From positions 32,001-96,000 of IMG/VR virus record IMGVR_UViG_3300042934_001067: a DNA stretch of 64,000 nt; one strand, written 5' to 3'. The translations under genes were made by a program, and so were the position numbers. The notes under the pieces were generated by a model. That model was not told the DNA's origin and made no database searches. It saw only the letters and a program-made list of their open reading frames with translations. Within the stretch, counting starts at the first letter, position 1. Each line of letters starts with the position of its first letter. The stretch comes from a virus. This document shows positions 36,806 to 45,752 of this stretch, piece after piece.

Positions 36806-37594
36806 CTACTGCCACTCGGCGGGGGCAAGCCGCCTCACGACGTTCAGCGGGTGCTCGCTCTTGTACTCGTCGCCGCTGTAGCCGATGGCGAACGGGCCCG
36901 TCGGCTCCACGATGTACACGTGGCCCCCGCTCTGGCGGGCGTAGGCGGCGGCGACGTCCAGGCGGGTGGTGAAGTGGACGTAGCGGCTCTTGGGCCCCTC
37001 GTCGCCCCACGGGTTGGTACGGCGCCCGGCGGTGAGCTGTGCACCCTCACGGAGCCGTCGGCCACCCCCGTGGTACAGCGGGCCCTCGACGGTGAATTCC
37101 CGCTCCACGTACCCGGTGTCCCTGTAGGTCTGCGCGGTGTAGGTGTACGTCGTGGGCGTGTCGGCGGGCTTGGGCGGCTCGATGGCGTCGGCGTCCCGGT
37201 GGGGCTTGTAGCCGCACTGCGGGCACCCGGCCCCCTGGCATTCCTGGCACCTCTTGGCGAGGATCTCTGCCACGTGCCCGGGGTCGGCGCGCTTGCGGTT
37301 CTTCAGGGAGTCCAGGTGGCCCCTGGCGGGCTTGGTGTACCGGCGCACGCTGCGCGACCCCCAGTCGGCGCGGCGCAGCACGGCCACGGTGCCCCTGGGG
37401 GTGTCGTCGTCGCACCACACGCGCACCGTCTTGGCGGTCACGGCGGTCACACGGCCGGTGCGCTCATAGATGCCACGCCCGCCGTAACCGGTCTCCCTGG
37501 TGAGGAATCGCAGGGTGTCACCCTCGGCGACGTCATCGAACGCCACGGCGTCCCACCCCTTCACGCGGGGATCGTCAGGACTGATGAGCGTCAC
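36806..37594 (-). CDS. Fusion protein with C-terminal Arr-like (rifampin ADP-ribosyltransferase family) domain
   Basis: GPLYHG....L..G..L.AG..TN...V.FT......A...VY.VEPTG.F.......YKS..PL.VV matches the Arr pattern. Confidence 0.75.
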   Translation of the reverse strand: MTLISPDDPRVKGWDAVAFDDVAEGDTLRFLTRETGYGGRGIYERTGRVTAVTAKTVRVWCDDDTPRGTVAVLRRADWGSRSVRRYTKPARGHLDSLKNRKRADPGHVAEILAKRCQECQGAGCPQCGYKPHRDADAIEPPKPADTPTTYTYTAQTYRDTGYVEREFTVEGPLYHGGGRRLREGAQLTAGRRTNPWGDEGPKSRYVHFTTRLDVAAAYARQSGGHVYIVEPTGPFAIGYSGDEYKSEHPLNVVRRLAPAEWQ

Positions 37595-37929
37595 TTGCTC
37601 CCCCTGGGCTTGAAGCGGTCGGCGACGGCCCAGCGCAGTTCGCGCATGGCCTCACGCTTGTTCGGGATCCGGTCGCCGTAGTTGCGTCCGCACGTGACCA
37701 CCCAGCCGGAGAAATCGGCACCCTCGTAGCGGTAGTGGCGCGTTGCCTCGGCGATCACCTCCACCTCGTACGGGAGGTCACGGTGAAGGATCTTGTCGAG
37801 TGCTTCGGCGGGGTCGACGGCGGGGTCGGACACCCACACGGCGGTCACGATCTTCCCTCCGGCGCTCTCGACGTACGCGACGTTGGCGGCGTCGTACGGG
37901 CGGCGGGCGGGCGTGTCGGCGGTGCTCAC
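37591..37929 (-). CDS. Hypothetical protein
   Basis: GTGA coupling. Confidence 0.7.
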   Translation of the reverse strand: MSTADTPARRPYDAANVAYVESAGGKIVTAVWVSDPAVDPAEALDKILHRDLPYEVEVIAEATRHYRYEGADFSGWVVTCGRNYGDRIPNKREAMRELRWAVADRFKPRGSK

Positions 37930-38225
37930 TGCTGCCCCTCGACAGCGTCCGCGACGGCGGCGAACTGGTCGTCGGTGAATCCGGTCAGCTCAGCCTCGGC
38001 GGTCATCTCCTCGCCCCGGCCGAAGTCGGTGATCTTGGGCTCCTCGGTGACGTACTGCGATCCCCGGTCGTGGCGGGTGCATCCGGCGTTGCGCAGTTCC
38101 TCGGCGGCCCACTGGACGGGGGTGCGGTAGTCGTCGGAGTCGTAGGTGATCTCCTCGACCGCCGGGCGCCCGCGCCCCTCGCGGCTGTGGGGCAGGGTGT
38201 AGGTGCGGGTGATCTTGATCCGCAT
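37926..38225 (-). CDS. Hypothetical protein (paralogous to C-terminus of 38673-40064)
   Basis: ITR...EEIT.D.DD...PV.WAA...LTG.T..Q. Confidence 0.75.
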   Translation of the reverse strand: MRIKITRTYTLPHSREGRGRPAVEEITYDSDDYRTPVQWAAEELRNAGCTRHDRGSQYVTEEPKITDFGRGEEMTAEAELTGFTDDQFAAVADAVEGQQ

Positions 38226-38234
38226 GGGTGGCTC

Positions 38235-38600
38235 CTAGGCGTTGTCGGCGGGGCGGACGGGGTAGGCGTGCGCGCTGCGGTACAGGAAGTCCACGGCGCC
38301 GTTCAAGTCGCTGATGCCGTCCCAGTCCCGGCCGTGGTGCTCGTCGTCGCGGATGATGCCCCGGGCGTACTCCAGCCTCAGCGCGTCGGCGGTGCGCACC
38401 GTGGTGATCAGTCCGTCTACCAGGGTGGCGGCCGTGTCGGCGGGGGTGCCGTTGGCGGTGAGTGCTGCCAGCAGCGCCGTGCGGGCCGTGTCGGCGGCCA
38501 CCTGGGCGTCATAGCGGCGGGCGTGCGCGCGGCGGCGGTAGTCGACGGTGATGCTCGCGGGGTCGGTGCGCATCGGCGTGACGTCGGCGGGGTCCAGCAT
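38235..38600 (-). CDS. Hypothetical protein
   Basis: AGGAG SD. Confidence 0.7.
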   Translation of the reverse strand: MLDPADVTPMRTDPASITVDYRRRAHARRYDAQVAADTARTALLAALTANGTPADTAATLVDGLITTVRTADALRLEYARGIIRDDEHHGRDWDGISDLNGAVDFLYRSAHAYPVRPADNA

Positions 38601-38672
38601 GGCGGGGCGTCTCCTGGGGGCGGTCGGCGGGGGCGCCGGGCGGTGTGGTGGCCCGGCGCCCCGTGGGGGTGG

Positions 38673-40064
38673 CTAGAACGTCGTGGCGGCGGTGAACACC
38701 TGGGCGCGCTGCTCCTCGGTCCAGTCGCCCGTGAGCCGCACCATGGTGAGCGTCTCCTTGGCGCCGTCGTACGGGTCGGTGTAGGTGCCGGACAGCCACT
38801 CGTGCTCGCGCACGGTGTCACCGATGGGGCTCGCCGACGGCTCGGTAACGTCGGTCTTGCTGCGGATGTAGTCGGCGGCCCAGGCGACGGGGTCACCGTC
38901 GTGCGCCTCGATGTCGTCGGCGTCGGCGGTGATTTCCTCGGTGCTGGGCGTCTCCAGCTCCCGCACGTCCCCGTCCAGCGACAGGCAGTCGCCCGTGCAC
39001 TCGTGGTCATCCTCGCCCGCGTAGGCGCACTCCTCGGCCTCGGTGCTCACCACGCGGCGGGTGATCTCCAGGGTGTAGGCGGGCTCCTCGGCGGCCGGGG
39101 TCGGGGTGGCGGGCTTGCGGGTCTTCCGGGCGGGCTTGGCGGGGGCGCGGCGAACGGTGCCCCATTCCGTGGTGATGGCAGCCGTGTCGAGAATGGTGTC
39201 CGTGGTGCCGTCGGGGGCGGTCCACGTGCCATCGGTGAAGGGGAAACGGAGGCCGTTCAGGAACTCGTCGTAGTTGTTGCCGTGGCGCTCCATCACGCGC
39301 CCCTCGCCGGTGACGGTGAAGCGCACGGTGACCGTGCGGGCGGAGCCCGGTCCCTGTCCGATCGGCTCCATACCCATGAACCCGTACCGGGTCTTGGTAA
39401 GGGTGTAGCGGAAGCTGATGCGGTCGCCAGGGCGGACGTCGTGGACGTCAACGGTGTCGGTGTATCCGGCGGCTTCCTCGCGGGCGGTGTGGGCGGCGTG
39501 CTCGGCGCGGGCGGTGTCGGTGCTGGTGATGGACTGGCGGCACCAGCCGTGCGGGTCGGCGGCGGGCACGGCGGCCAGGGCGCGCATCACGGCGTCAGTG
39601 ATGCGGTCGCCGTTGTCGGCGCGGAAGTCCCGCACGGCGGTCTTCAGGGTGTCCGCGTCGGCGTTCCACGGCAGGGAGGGCAGGGCGGCGGCGATGACGT
39701 CGCGGGCGGCGCGGGCGGCCCGCATGGTCGGCAGGGAGTACAGGGTGACGCGAAGGGTGGACGGCTGCGCGATCACGTGCCACTCGCCGCGCTTGACCGG
39801 CTCCGCAAACAGGAACTTCCCGTTGTCGGCGGCCGGGGCGGGCGCGGGGGTCGGCTCCTCGGCCGGGGCGGTGGTGCCCGCGAGGCGGCGGGCGGTGGCC
39901 TTGCCGTCGGCGCTGAGCGTGTAGCCGTTGCCGTCGAAGGTGGCCAGACCCCGGGCGGCCAGGGCGCGGAGGGTGGTCGTGCGGGCGGTGATCATGTGGG
40001 CGTCGTTGGTCAGCGCCTCGGTGAGGGCGGCTTCCATGGTCTTGCTGATCTTTGCGTTCATCAC
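38673..40064 (-). CDS. Mosaic protein with N-terminal winged-helix-like domain
   Basis: TTLRALAARGLA....YTLS..G. Confidence 0.75.
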   Translation of the reverse strand: MMNAKISKTMEAALTEALTNDAHMITARTTTLRALAARGLATFDGNGYTLSADGKATARRLAGTTAPAEEPTPAPAPAADNGKFLFAEPVKRGEWHVIAQPSTLRVTLYSLPTMRAARAARDVIAAALPSLPWNADADTLKTAVRDFRADNGDRITDAVMRALAAVPAADPHGWCRQSITSTDTARAEHAAHTAREEAAGYTDTVDVHDVRPGDRISFRYTLTKTRYGFMGMEPIGQGPGSARTVTVRFTVTGEGRVMERHGNNYDEFLNGLRFPFTDGTWTAPDGTTDTILDTAAITTEWGTVRRAPAKPARKTRKPATPTPAAEEPAYTLEITRRVVSTEAEECAYAGEDDHECTGDCLSLDGDVRELETPSTEEITADADDIEAHDGDPVAWAADYIRSKTDVTEPSASPIGDTVREHEWLSGTYTDPYDGAKETLTMVRLTGDWTEEQRAQVFTAATTF

Positions 40065-40101
40065 ATGCTCCTGGCGGTCGTTCTCGGCGGGTACTCAGGC
40101 C

Positions 40102-40131
40102 AAGCTAATGCACATCGATATGCATTGTCTA
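40102..40131 (-). promoter_or_regulatory. Promoter with palindromic spacer, copy 4
   Basis: TAGACA-ATGCATATCGATGTGCAT-TAGCTT. Confidence 0.85.
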
Positions 40132-40194
40132 GCGGGGTTCGGGAATCCGTCCCACGGGCGCCCGGCGGGCGGGGCCGGGCGCCCGTGGCGGGGA

Positions 40195-41379
40195 TCAGTC
40201 GGCGGGCATCGTGGTCTTCCACCCCTCGACGATGCGCACGCGGCGGCCGTACTTGCGGCGCAGCATGTCTCGCAGCGACGCGAGACCGGTACCGTAGCCG
40301 ATCGCGGGGGCGCCGTTCACGGCGTATTCGTAGGTCCAGCGCCACGCCGGGCCGGGGCGGGCGACTTCCGGGTACAGCCTGGAGCGCGTGATCAGAACGG
40401 CGGGCGTGCCGTCGGCGGCCGGGCCGGGCGGCGCCGGGCACGTTCCCGTGGAGTGCCGAGTGACCCACTCACCCTCGACGTGGACCCGCTCTCCCTTCTC
40501 GGCCGCCACCAGGACGCCGCAGCGCACACACTCCCCCTCGAACCTGTTCCCCTGGGCCGGGCGCCCCGCCTGCGGCTGCTGGGGCTCCTCGGCGGCCGGG
40601 CGCTCCTGGCACTCACCGGGCTTGTGCTGAACGGTCCAGCGGCCGTCAACACGCTCGCGCTCACCCTCGCCCGCTTCGACCAGGGCGCCGCAGTTGCGGC
40701 ACTCGCCCGCGTAGCGGTTGGCGGGGAGCGGCTTGGGTGCGGGGGCGGGCTTGGGCTCCTCGGCCTTGACCGGACGGGGCTTGCGCACGGGTGGGGCCGG
40801 GGGCTCCTCGCCTTCCAGCCATGCGCCCTTGTAACGGCGGGCGATCGCGCGGCGTGCTTCCTCACGGGCGGCCTGCGCCTCGGGGCCGCCGACGGCGTGA
40901 GCGCGAATCGTGTAGATGGTGTGGAACGCGCCTTTGGCCCAGTAGGCGGGGTGGTCGGACGACTCCGACGTCCAGGACTTGCCGTCCTCGAACGTGATCG
41001 CAGCGCGCACGCACGGAACGTCGACGTACTTGTCGTCCTCGACGCCGCGCCCGGTGAACTCCGTCACCTCCACCGTGGCCACCGTGCGCCATGCTGCCTT
41101 GTAGTCCCACGGCTTGTTGCCGCTCACTCCGCCGTGCGCCTGCGACATGATGCGCATGCCGGGCTTGATGTCCCGGACGGCCACGGTCGCGGCGGAGTCG
41201 GCGAGCGCCTTTTCGTACGCTTCGAACGCGGTGCGCCCCCGGCGGGAAAGGCGGACCTTCTTGCCGGAGCAGCTCCAGCACACGTTGCCGTCACGCTCGT
41301 TGTAGGAGTACCGGCCGGTACCGCCGCAACGGCCGCAGGGCTCTTCATCGAAATGGATCTTGACGATGGTTACGGTCAC
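40195..41379 (-). CDS. Multi-zinc-finger protein
   Basis: CGRCGGTG / CWSCSG plus tandem NR..GEC..CG.LV....GER...G.W...H...C repeats. Confidence 0.75.
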   Translation of the reverse strand: MTVTIVKIHFDEEPCGRCGGTGRYSYNERDGNVCWSCSGKKVRLSRRGRTAFEAYEKALADSAATVAVRDIKPGMRIMSQAHGGVSGNKPWDYKAAWRTVATVEVTEFTGRGVEDDKYVDVPCVRAAITFEDGKSWTSESSDHPAYWAKGAFHTIYTIRAHAVGGPEAQAAREEARRAIARRYKGAWLEGEEPPAPPVRKPRPVKAEEPKPAPAPKPLPANRYAGECRNCGALVEAGEGERERVDGRWTVQHKPGECQERPAAEEPQQPQAGRPAQGNRFEGECVRCGVLVAAEKGERVHVEGEWVTRHSTGTCPAPPGPAADGTPAVLITRSRLYPEVARPGPAWRWTYEYAVNGAPAIGYGTGLASLRDMLRRKYGRRVRIVEGWKTTMPAD

Positions 41380-41417
41380 CGTGTGCTCCTCGTGCTGTCG
41401 TCCTCGGCGGGACCGCC

Positions 41418-41447
41418 AGACTAATGCATATGGATGTGCATTGAAAG
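41418..41447 (-). promoter_or_regulatory. Promoter with palindromic spacer, copy 5
   Basis: CTTTCA-ATGCACATCCATATGCAT-TAGTCT. Confidence 0.8.
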
Positions 41448-41473
41448 CCTGTTGGGGAAGATCTTCGACGCAC

Positions 41474-41513
41474 AGCACCCGGGGCGGGCCGACCGCTCCC
41501 GCCCCGGGTGCTG
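41474..41513 (-). terminator. Hairpin
   Basis: AGCACCCGGGGCGGG...CCCGCCCCGGGTGCT. Confidence 0.7.
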
Positions 41514-41519
41514 GCACCC

Positions 41520-43250
41520 CTACGCCACCAGGGACACGGTTACCGTTTCGCCGTCGTGGCGCAGCACCAGGGACTCATCACTGCGGGTGTAGCGGGCGCC
41601 CGCCCGCACCATGCCTGCCACCATGCCCACCACGTAATCGCGGTCCTCGGTGCTCACGCTGTTGTCCATCCCCCGCACCACCCGCACCGCGAGCCGGTCA
41701 CGGTGCGGCGTGACGTCGTCGGCGAGCGCCATGGCCGCACCCTCGGACGCGTTCAGGGTGCTCACGGGCGCGGGCGCGTCGGCGGGCTGCTGCGGCTCCT
41801 CGGCGGGGGCGGCGGCGCGGTCGGGCTTGCTGTCCTCGACCCAGTAGCCGTGCTCGGTACCGTCCGAACCGCACCCCTCGCACCCCTCGCCCTCACTGTC
41901 GATGATGTGGCGGCCCACCAGGACGTCAACGGCGTCACGCGCGTCCGACTCGTCGTCGTAGGAGTCGAACGCCCCCTCACGCTCAAAGCGGATCTTGTAG
42001 CGGTGGTTCGTGCATCCGTCGCTGTCGCCCTCGTGCTCCTCACACTCCTCGGCGCCACTCTCGTCGGCGGGCGCCGGGCGCCGTGGCACGTAGCGACGCT
42101 CGCACGTCTGGCCGTCGTGCGGGTCGGTGTCGCTCATGACGATCACGCCATCCGGGCCCTTGCGGAAGTCGAGTCCCTTGGCAATGCGCGACTTCAGCAC
42201 ACGGCACACCCATTCGGCGTCCCGGGTGTAGCGGGGCTCAGGCTCCCCGTTGCTGAACACGTCGTACCACTCCGCGTCAACGGCGTACGCGGCGCCGCCC
42301 TCGATGCTCTCGCCGGTGTTCGTGATGCGGTGCGCGCCCGACGGCATGCCCTTGTCGGTGGGGGTCTCCTCGGCGTCGTCGTCGGACAGCGCGGCGCCGC
42401 ACATGCTCAGCTCAGTGCACGCCTGCCCGGACTCGGCGCCGCACCCCTCGCACGGCTGCCTCTCGGCGGCCGGGCTCCCGTTCAGTTCTCCCAGGTAGGA
42501 AATTGTCACCTCGGGCTTCGGCGTGCGGTGCGTACGGCGCCAGTGCGCCGCAGCCTCACGCACGGCCTCCTCGCTGTCCGCTGCGAGGTACCTTTCACCG
42601 GCCGCGTAGCCGTAGTGCGCGGGCCACGTGGCATGCACCCAGTGGCCCGCGCCGCCCTCCTCGGCCCGCTGCAAGGCGCCGTCGATGGCCGCGTGAATGC
42701 GGGTTTGCTCCTGCGCCCAGCCGTTGGGGAAAATGGGGCGCTGCGGGACGAGCCAGATGGGGCACGGCTCGCCCGCGCCGTCGAAACCGGGGTCGGTGAC
42801 GCCCGCACCGTCGATCCGGATGAGACCGCTGTCCCCGACGGTAACGGCGAAACCCTTGCGACGGGCGGCGGCGATGCGGAGCCGGACCGACGCGGCGTTC
42901 TCGTCGCACAGCTTGCGGGCCCAGCCGAAACCGTTGGCACCCGTGTGGCAGGCGTACATAACCGACTCGACGTCGACCGCCGGGGGCTCCTCGGTCGGCT
43001 TCTCGCGGACCAGGGCGACCGCGTCGGCGGTGAGGTAGGTACGGGTGACGGTGCGCACCGGCTTCCCCGTCTCGTAGTCCCGGACGGTGACGACTTCCAC
43101 CCGCTCGGCCATGCTGCGCTTCTTCAGCGCCTCGACGGTGCGGGGGTTGGCGGAGCCGGGGCGGATCTCGTAGCGCCCCTCGTCGTCGGGACCGGCCTCG
43201 ACGGCGGCGCGGATGGTGCGGATCATCGGCTCACTGAGCTTTGCGGCCAT
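41520..43250 (-). CDS. Mosaic multidomain hypothetical protein
   Basis: AAGGAG SD; RTVEAL.KR wHTH-like N-terminus; repeated CEGCG. Confidence 0.75.
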   Translation of the reverse strand: MAAKLSEPMIRTIRAAVEAGPDDEGRYEIRPGSANPRTVEALKKRSMAERVEVVTVRDYETGKPVRTVTRTYLTADAVALVREKPTEEPPAVDVESVMYACHTGANGFGWARKLCDENAASVRLRIAAARRKGFAVTVGDSGLIRIDGAGVTDPGFDGAGEPCPIWLVPQRPIFPNGWAQEQTRIHAAIDGALQRAEEGGAGHWVHATWPAHYGYAAGERYLAADSEEAVREAAAHWRRTHRTPKPEVTISYLGELNGSPAAERQPCEGCGAESGQACTELSMCGAALSDDDAEETPTDKGMPSGAHRITNTGESIEGGAAYAVDAEWYDVFSNGEPEPRYTRDAEWVCRVLKSRIAKGLDFRKGPDGVIVMSDTDPHDGQTCERRYVPRRPAPADESGAEECEEHEGDSDGCTNHRYKIRFEREGAFDSYDDESDARDAVDVLVGRHIIDSEGEGCEGCGSDGTEHGYWVEDSKPDRAAAPAEEPQQPADAPAPVSTLNASEGAAMALADDVTPHRDRLAVRVVRGMDNSVSTEDRDYVVGMVAGMVRAGARYTRSDESLVLRHDGETVTVSLVA

Positions 43251-43293
43251 GGTGTCGCTCCTTGTGGTGGCTGTTCTTGGCGGGAACGGCACC

Positions 43294-43323
43294 AACGTAA
43301 TGCATATCGATGTGCATTGGAAG
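43294..43323 (-). promoter_or_regulatory. Promoter with palindromic spacer, copy 6
   Basis: CTTCCA-ATGCACATCGATATGCAT-TACGTT. Confidence 0.8.
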
Positions 43324-43353
43324 TGATTCGCTGAAGAATCTTTCCGGGCATGC

Positions 43354-43398
43354 GAACGGGGCAGGAGCGGGCACGTAGCCCTGTCTCCTGCCCCGTTC
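43354..43398 (-). terminator. Hairpin
   Basis: GAACGGGGCAGGAG...CTCCTGCCCCGTTC. Confidence 0.7.
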
Positions 43399-43508
43399 TT
43401 CCCCGCCGTGGCTACCGTCTAGGCGCCCCCTCTCCTGTCGTGGCCGTCGACCCTAGTGCGGGCGCGTGGGCCGCTTCGGTCGACGCGGTCGGCGCGGGTG
43501 GCTCATGG

Positions 43509-43766
43509 TCACCTCCTCGGCGGGTGGAGGATGACGCCGGGCGCGTGGCCGGGCATCGGTCCGTCGTCGGGGTTGGGCGCCTGCTCGCACTCGGTGCCGT
43601 TGCGTCCCACGGTCCAGGCGTCGCCGTCGGCGGCCAGCTCCATGGCGTCGCCGCAGTGCTGGCACACGCTCCGCTTCGGGTAGCCGTCGGGGTCGGGCTC
43701 CGGCGGCGCCGGGGCGGGGCCCTGCACGGTGGGCAGTGCGGACGGGGGCGGGATGAACGGAATCAT
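43509..43766 (-). CDS. Small Zn-binding protein
   Basis: GAGGAGG SD; CQHCG...C...H. Confidence 0.6.
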   Translation of the reverse strand: MIPFIPPPSALPTVQGPAPAPPEPDPDGYPKRSVCQHCGDAMELAADGDAWTVGRNGTECEQAPNPDDGPMPGHAPGVILHPPRR

Positions 43767-43788
43767 CGGACAGCCTCCTCGCGGGAGT

Positions 43789-44793
43789 TCAGTGCAGGAC
43801 CAGGCTGCGCATTCCGTAGCCGCGCAGGGGATAGCGGTCCTCGAACAGCTCGGACGTGTGGTCGCATCCGGGGCAGGAGTCGCGGCCGGTGCCGTAGTCA
43901 TGGGCGCACCGCGTGCCGTACAGGGCGCGCGCCATGGCCTTGACGGCGACGTCTGCGCGGTGCCCGGTCCAGACGGCGGGGTCGGGGGGCGTGATCCATC
44001 CGGCGTCCGGGGCGGGCGTGACGGTGACGCGGTAACGGCCGTTGTCGTCGAGGTCGAGGCGGACGTCACGGCTGAAGTGGTGGAAGATCCACGCGACCGG
44101 CGGCCGGTACTCATCCCGGGGGCCGTCGGCCTCGATCACGGCCAGGCGGAACGGGGCTCCGGGGGTCTGGTCGCACAGGTCGGCCCAGACGGCGTCAGCG
44201 TGCCCCAGAGCGTTCACCGCGTCGTGGTCGAGGGGGAACGGCGTGCCAGGGGTGGTGTGTTCAGGCTCGGGCGCCCAGGACGGCCGGAACTCCGGCGCGA
44301 AGTAGATGCGGGCGCCGTCCTGCTCGGCGTAGCCGCCCAGCTTGCTGAACACCTGGAACGGGATGTTGACCCAGGTCGAACCCGTGTGGTTGGCGTCGTG
44401 GAACTGCTTGGGCGAGGTGTGCGGAAGGCGAACCCGCTCGATGTACGGGCGCCCCATGAGGGTGACGCCTGCGATCCAGCCGGACGCCTTACCCTGGGCT
44501 CGTCCGGCCAGGCTGAGGATGATTTTCAGGTACTCATCCGGGATGATCAGCCGCTCACGCTCGCGGAGCGCCTCGGCGGCGGCGCGGCCGTCCTCGGTCA
44601 GGAAGTAGTGTCCGCGCTCCTCGTCGGCCGTGGCCAGGCCCTGAGCGACCAGCCGCGCGCCGTCGGGGGCGTGCACGTTGCCGCTCTTGACCTCAAGGGC
44701 GGCCAGAAGGGCCGAGTCCTCCAGGGCGTCAGCGTCCGTGAACGGCGGCTCCATCTCGGCGTCGGTCGGCGCCTGAGCGTCGGTGGTGTCCAT
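43789..44793 (-). CDS. Mosaic hypothetical protein with winged-helix-like N-terminus
   Basis: RLV..GLA....YFLTEDG; C-terminal CAH...CPGC. Confidence 0.75.
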   Translation of the reverse strand: MDTTDAQAPTDAEMEPPFTDADALEDSALLAALEVKSGNVHAPDGARLVAQGLATADEERGHYFLTEDGRAAAEALRERERLIIPDEYLKIILSLAGRAQGKASGWIAGVTLMGRPYIERVRLPHTSPKQFHDANHTGSTWVNIPFQVFSKLGGYAEQDGARIYFAPEFRPSWAPEPEHTTPGTPFPLDHDAVNALGHADAVWADLCDQTPGAPFRLAVIEADGPRDEYRPPVAWIFHHFSRDVRLDLDDNGRYRVTVTPAPDAGWITPPDPAVWTGHRADVAVKAMARALYGTRCAHDYGTGRDSCPGCDHTSELFEDRYPLRGYGMRSLVLH

Positions 44794-44827
44794 GCGGCGG
44801 GTCCCCTCGTGGTGGTGGGTCGGGTGG

Positions 44828-44897
44828 TGGAGAGCGCCCCGGGCCGGAGTCGAACCGGACCCGAACCGCCACGCCCCTCGCGGGGGCGGGCCGGGGC
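44828..44897 (-). ncRNA. tRNA-like element lacking anticodon arm, copy A
   Basis: GCCCCGG/CCGGGGC acceptor stem, 6-bp hairpin, T-arm CCGG-TTCGACT-CCGG, 3' GCTCTCCA. Confidence 0.65.
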
Positions 44898-44904
44898 TGT
44901 GGTG

Positions 44905-45651
44905 CTACTCGGCGAGCAGCTCGGCGCGGACGTACGCCCAGTTGATCGCGTCGAAGCCTTCGGAGGCGTCGCGGCCGTCGGCGGCCTCGCTCAAACTGTC
45001 CCGAATCAGGGCGATGGTGTGGCGGTCGTCGGCCGAACGGTGGGCGCGGGGGCCGAAGACCACCGGGCGGAGGTGGTCGCGCAACTCGTCCTCACCGGCG
45101 CGCGCAGCGTTGCGGGCGTCCTCAATGAACGTTCCGTCGTTGGTGATCCACACGGCAACCGAGTGCGTGGCGAAGTTCTGGCCGTCGTACGGGCCGCCCT
45201 CGACGCGGCGCGGCGTAGCGGCCTGGTGGCGGTTGGCCAGGCGGAAGGCGGCGCGACGGACCTCAATGGGGAGGGACTCGTCGTTGATCTTGGCCCTGTT
45301 GGCCTCGACCTTTTCAGGGGTGGAGAGAATCGGCCGCTCGACGCACAGCAGGTCACCGCACCGGAGCAGGTCCGTGGAGCCGTCGGCGTAGAACACCTCG
45401 GCCGTGCCGGGGTCGGCGTCCTTGGCCCACTCAACGCGGATGATGTCCTTGAACTTGTCCAGGTGGCCGTGAGCGTCCTGGCCCCGTCCGCTCTCGGGCT
45501 TGCGGGCAGTACCGGCCGCAGTGCGGGTGATCATGTGGGGGATCCTGTCGGCGTCCACGCCCTTGAGGCCGTCGATACGCAGGTGTCCGGGGGCGGTGTT
45601 GCCGCTGGCGGCAACGGCCTCGGCGGGGGTCAGGTAGTCGAAGATGCTCAC
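44905..45651 (-). CDS. Hypothetical two-domain protein
   Basis: GAGGAG SD; C-terminal Y.G.N..T..V..WI.ND...INW pattern. Confidence 0.75.
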   Translation of the reverse strand: MSIFDYLTPAEAVAASGNTAPGHLRIDGLKGVDADRIPHMITRTAAGTARKPESGRGQDAHGHLDKFKDIIRVEWAKDADPGTAEVFYADGSTDLLRCGDLLCVERPILSTPEKVEANRAKINDESLPIEVRRAAFRLANRHQAATPRRVEGGPYDGQNFATHSVAVWITNDGTFIEDARNAARAGEDELRDHLRPVVFGPRAHRSADDRHTIALIRDSLSEAADGRDASEGFDAINWAYVRAELLAE

Positions 45652-45678
45652 GGGTGTTCTCCTCGGTAGGCGGGATGG

Positions 45679-45746
45679 TGGGGAGCGCCCCGGTCGGGCA
45701 TCGAACCCGGCTCGGGCCGCCCCGCCCGTGTGGGCGGGGCCGGGGC
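45679..45746 (-). ncRNA. tRNA-like element lacking anticodon arm, copy B
   Basis: Same acceptor stem; T-arm CGGG-TTCGATG-CCCG; stems covary with copy A. Confidence 0.65.
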
Positions 45747-45752
45747 CGTCTG

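Noticed and set aside
36806-37594. Calling this arr (rifampicin resistance)
   Set aside because: Lacks the Arr-specific loop and is an N-terminal fusion; substrate unknown.
40900-41200. Intein/Hint domain suggested by VRDIKPGMRI
   Set aside because: No N-terminal Cys block or terminal HN; similar short barrel motifs recur in many neighbours.
44828-45746. Genuine tRNA genes or an att site
   Set aside because: No anticodon arm or normal D-arm, about 62 nt long, and CCA is not adjacent to the discriminator; recorded as tRNA-like instead.
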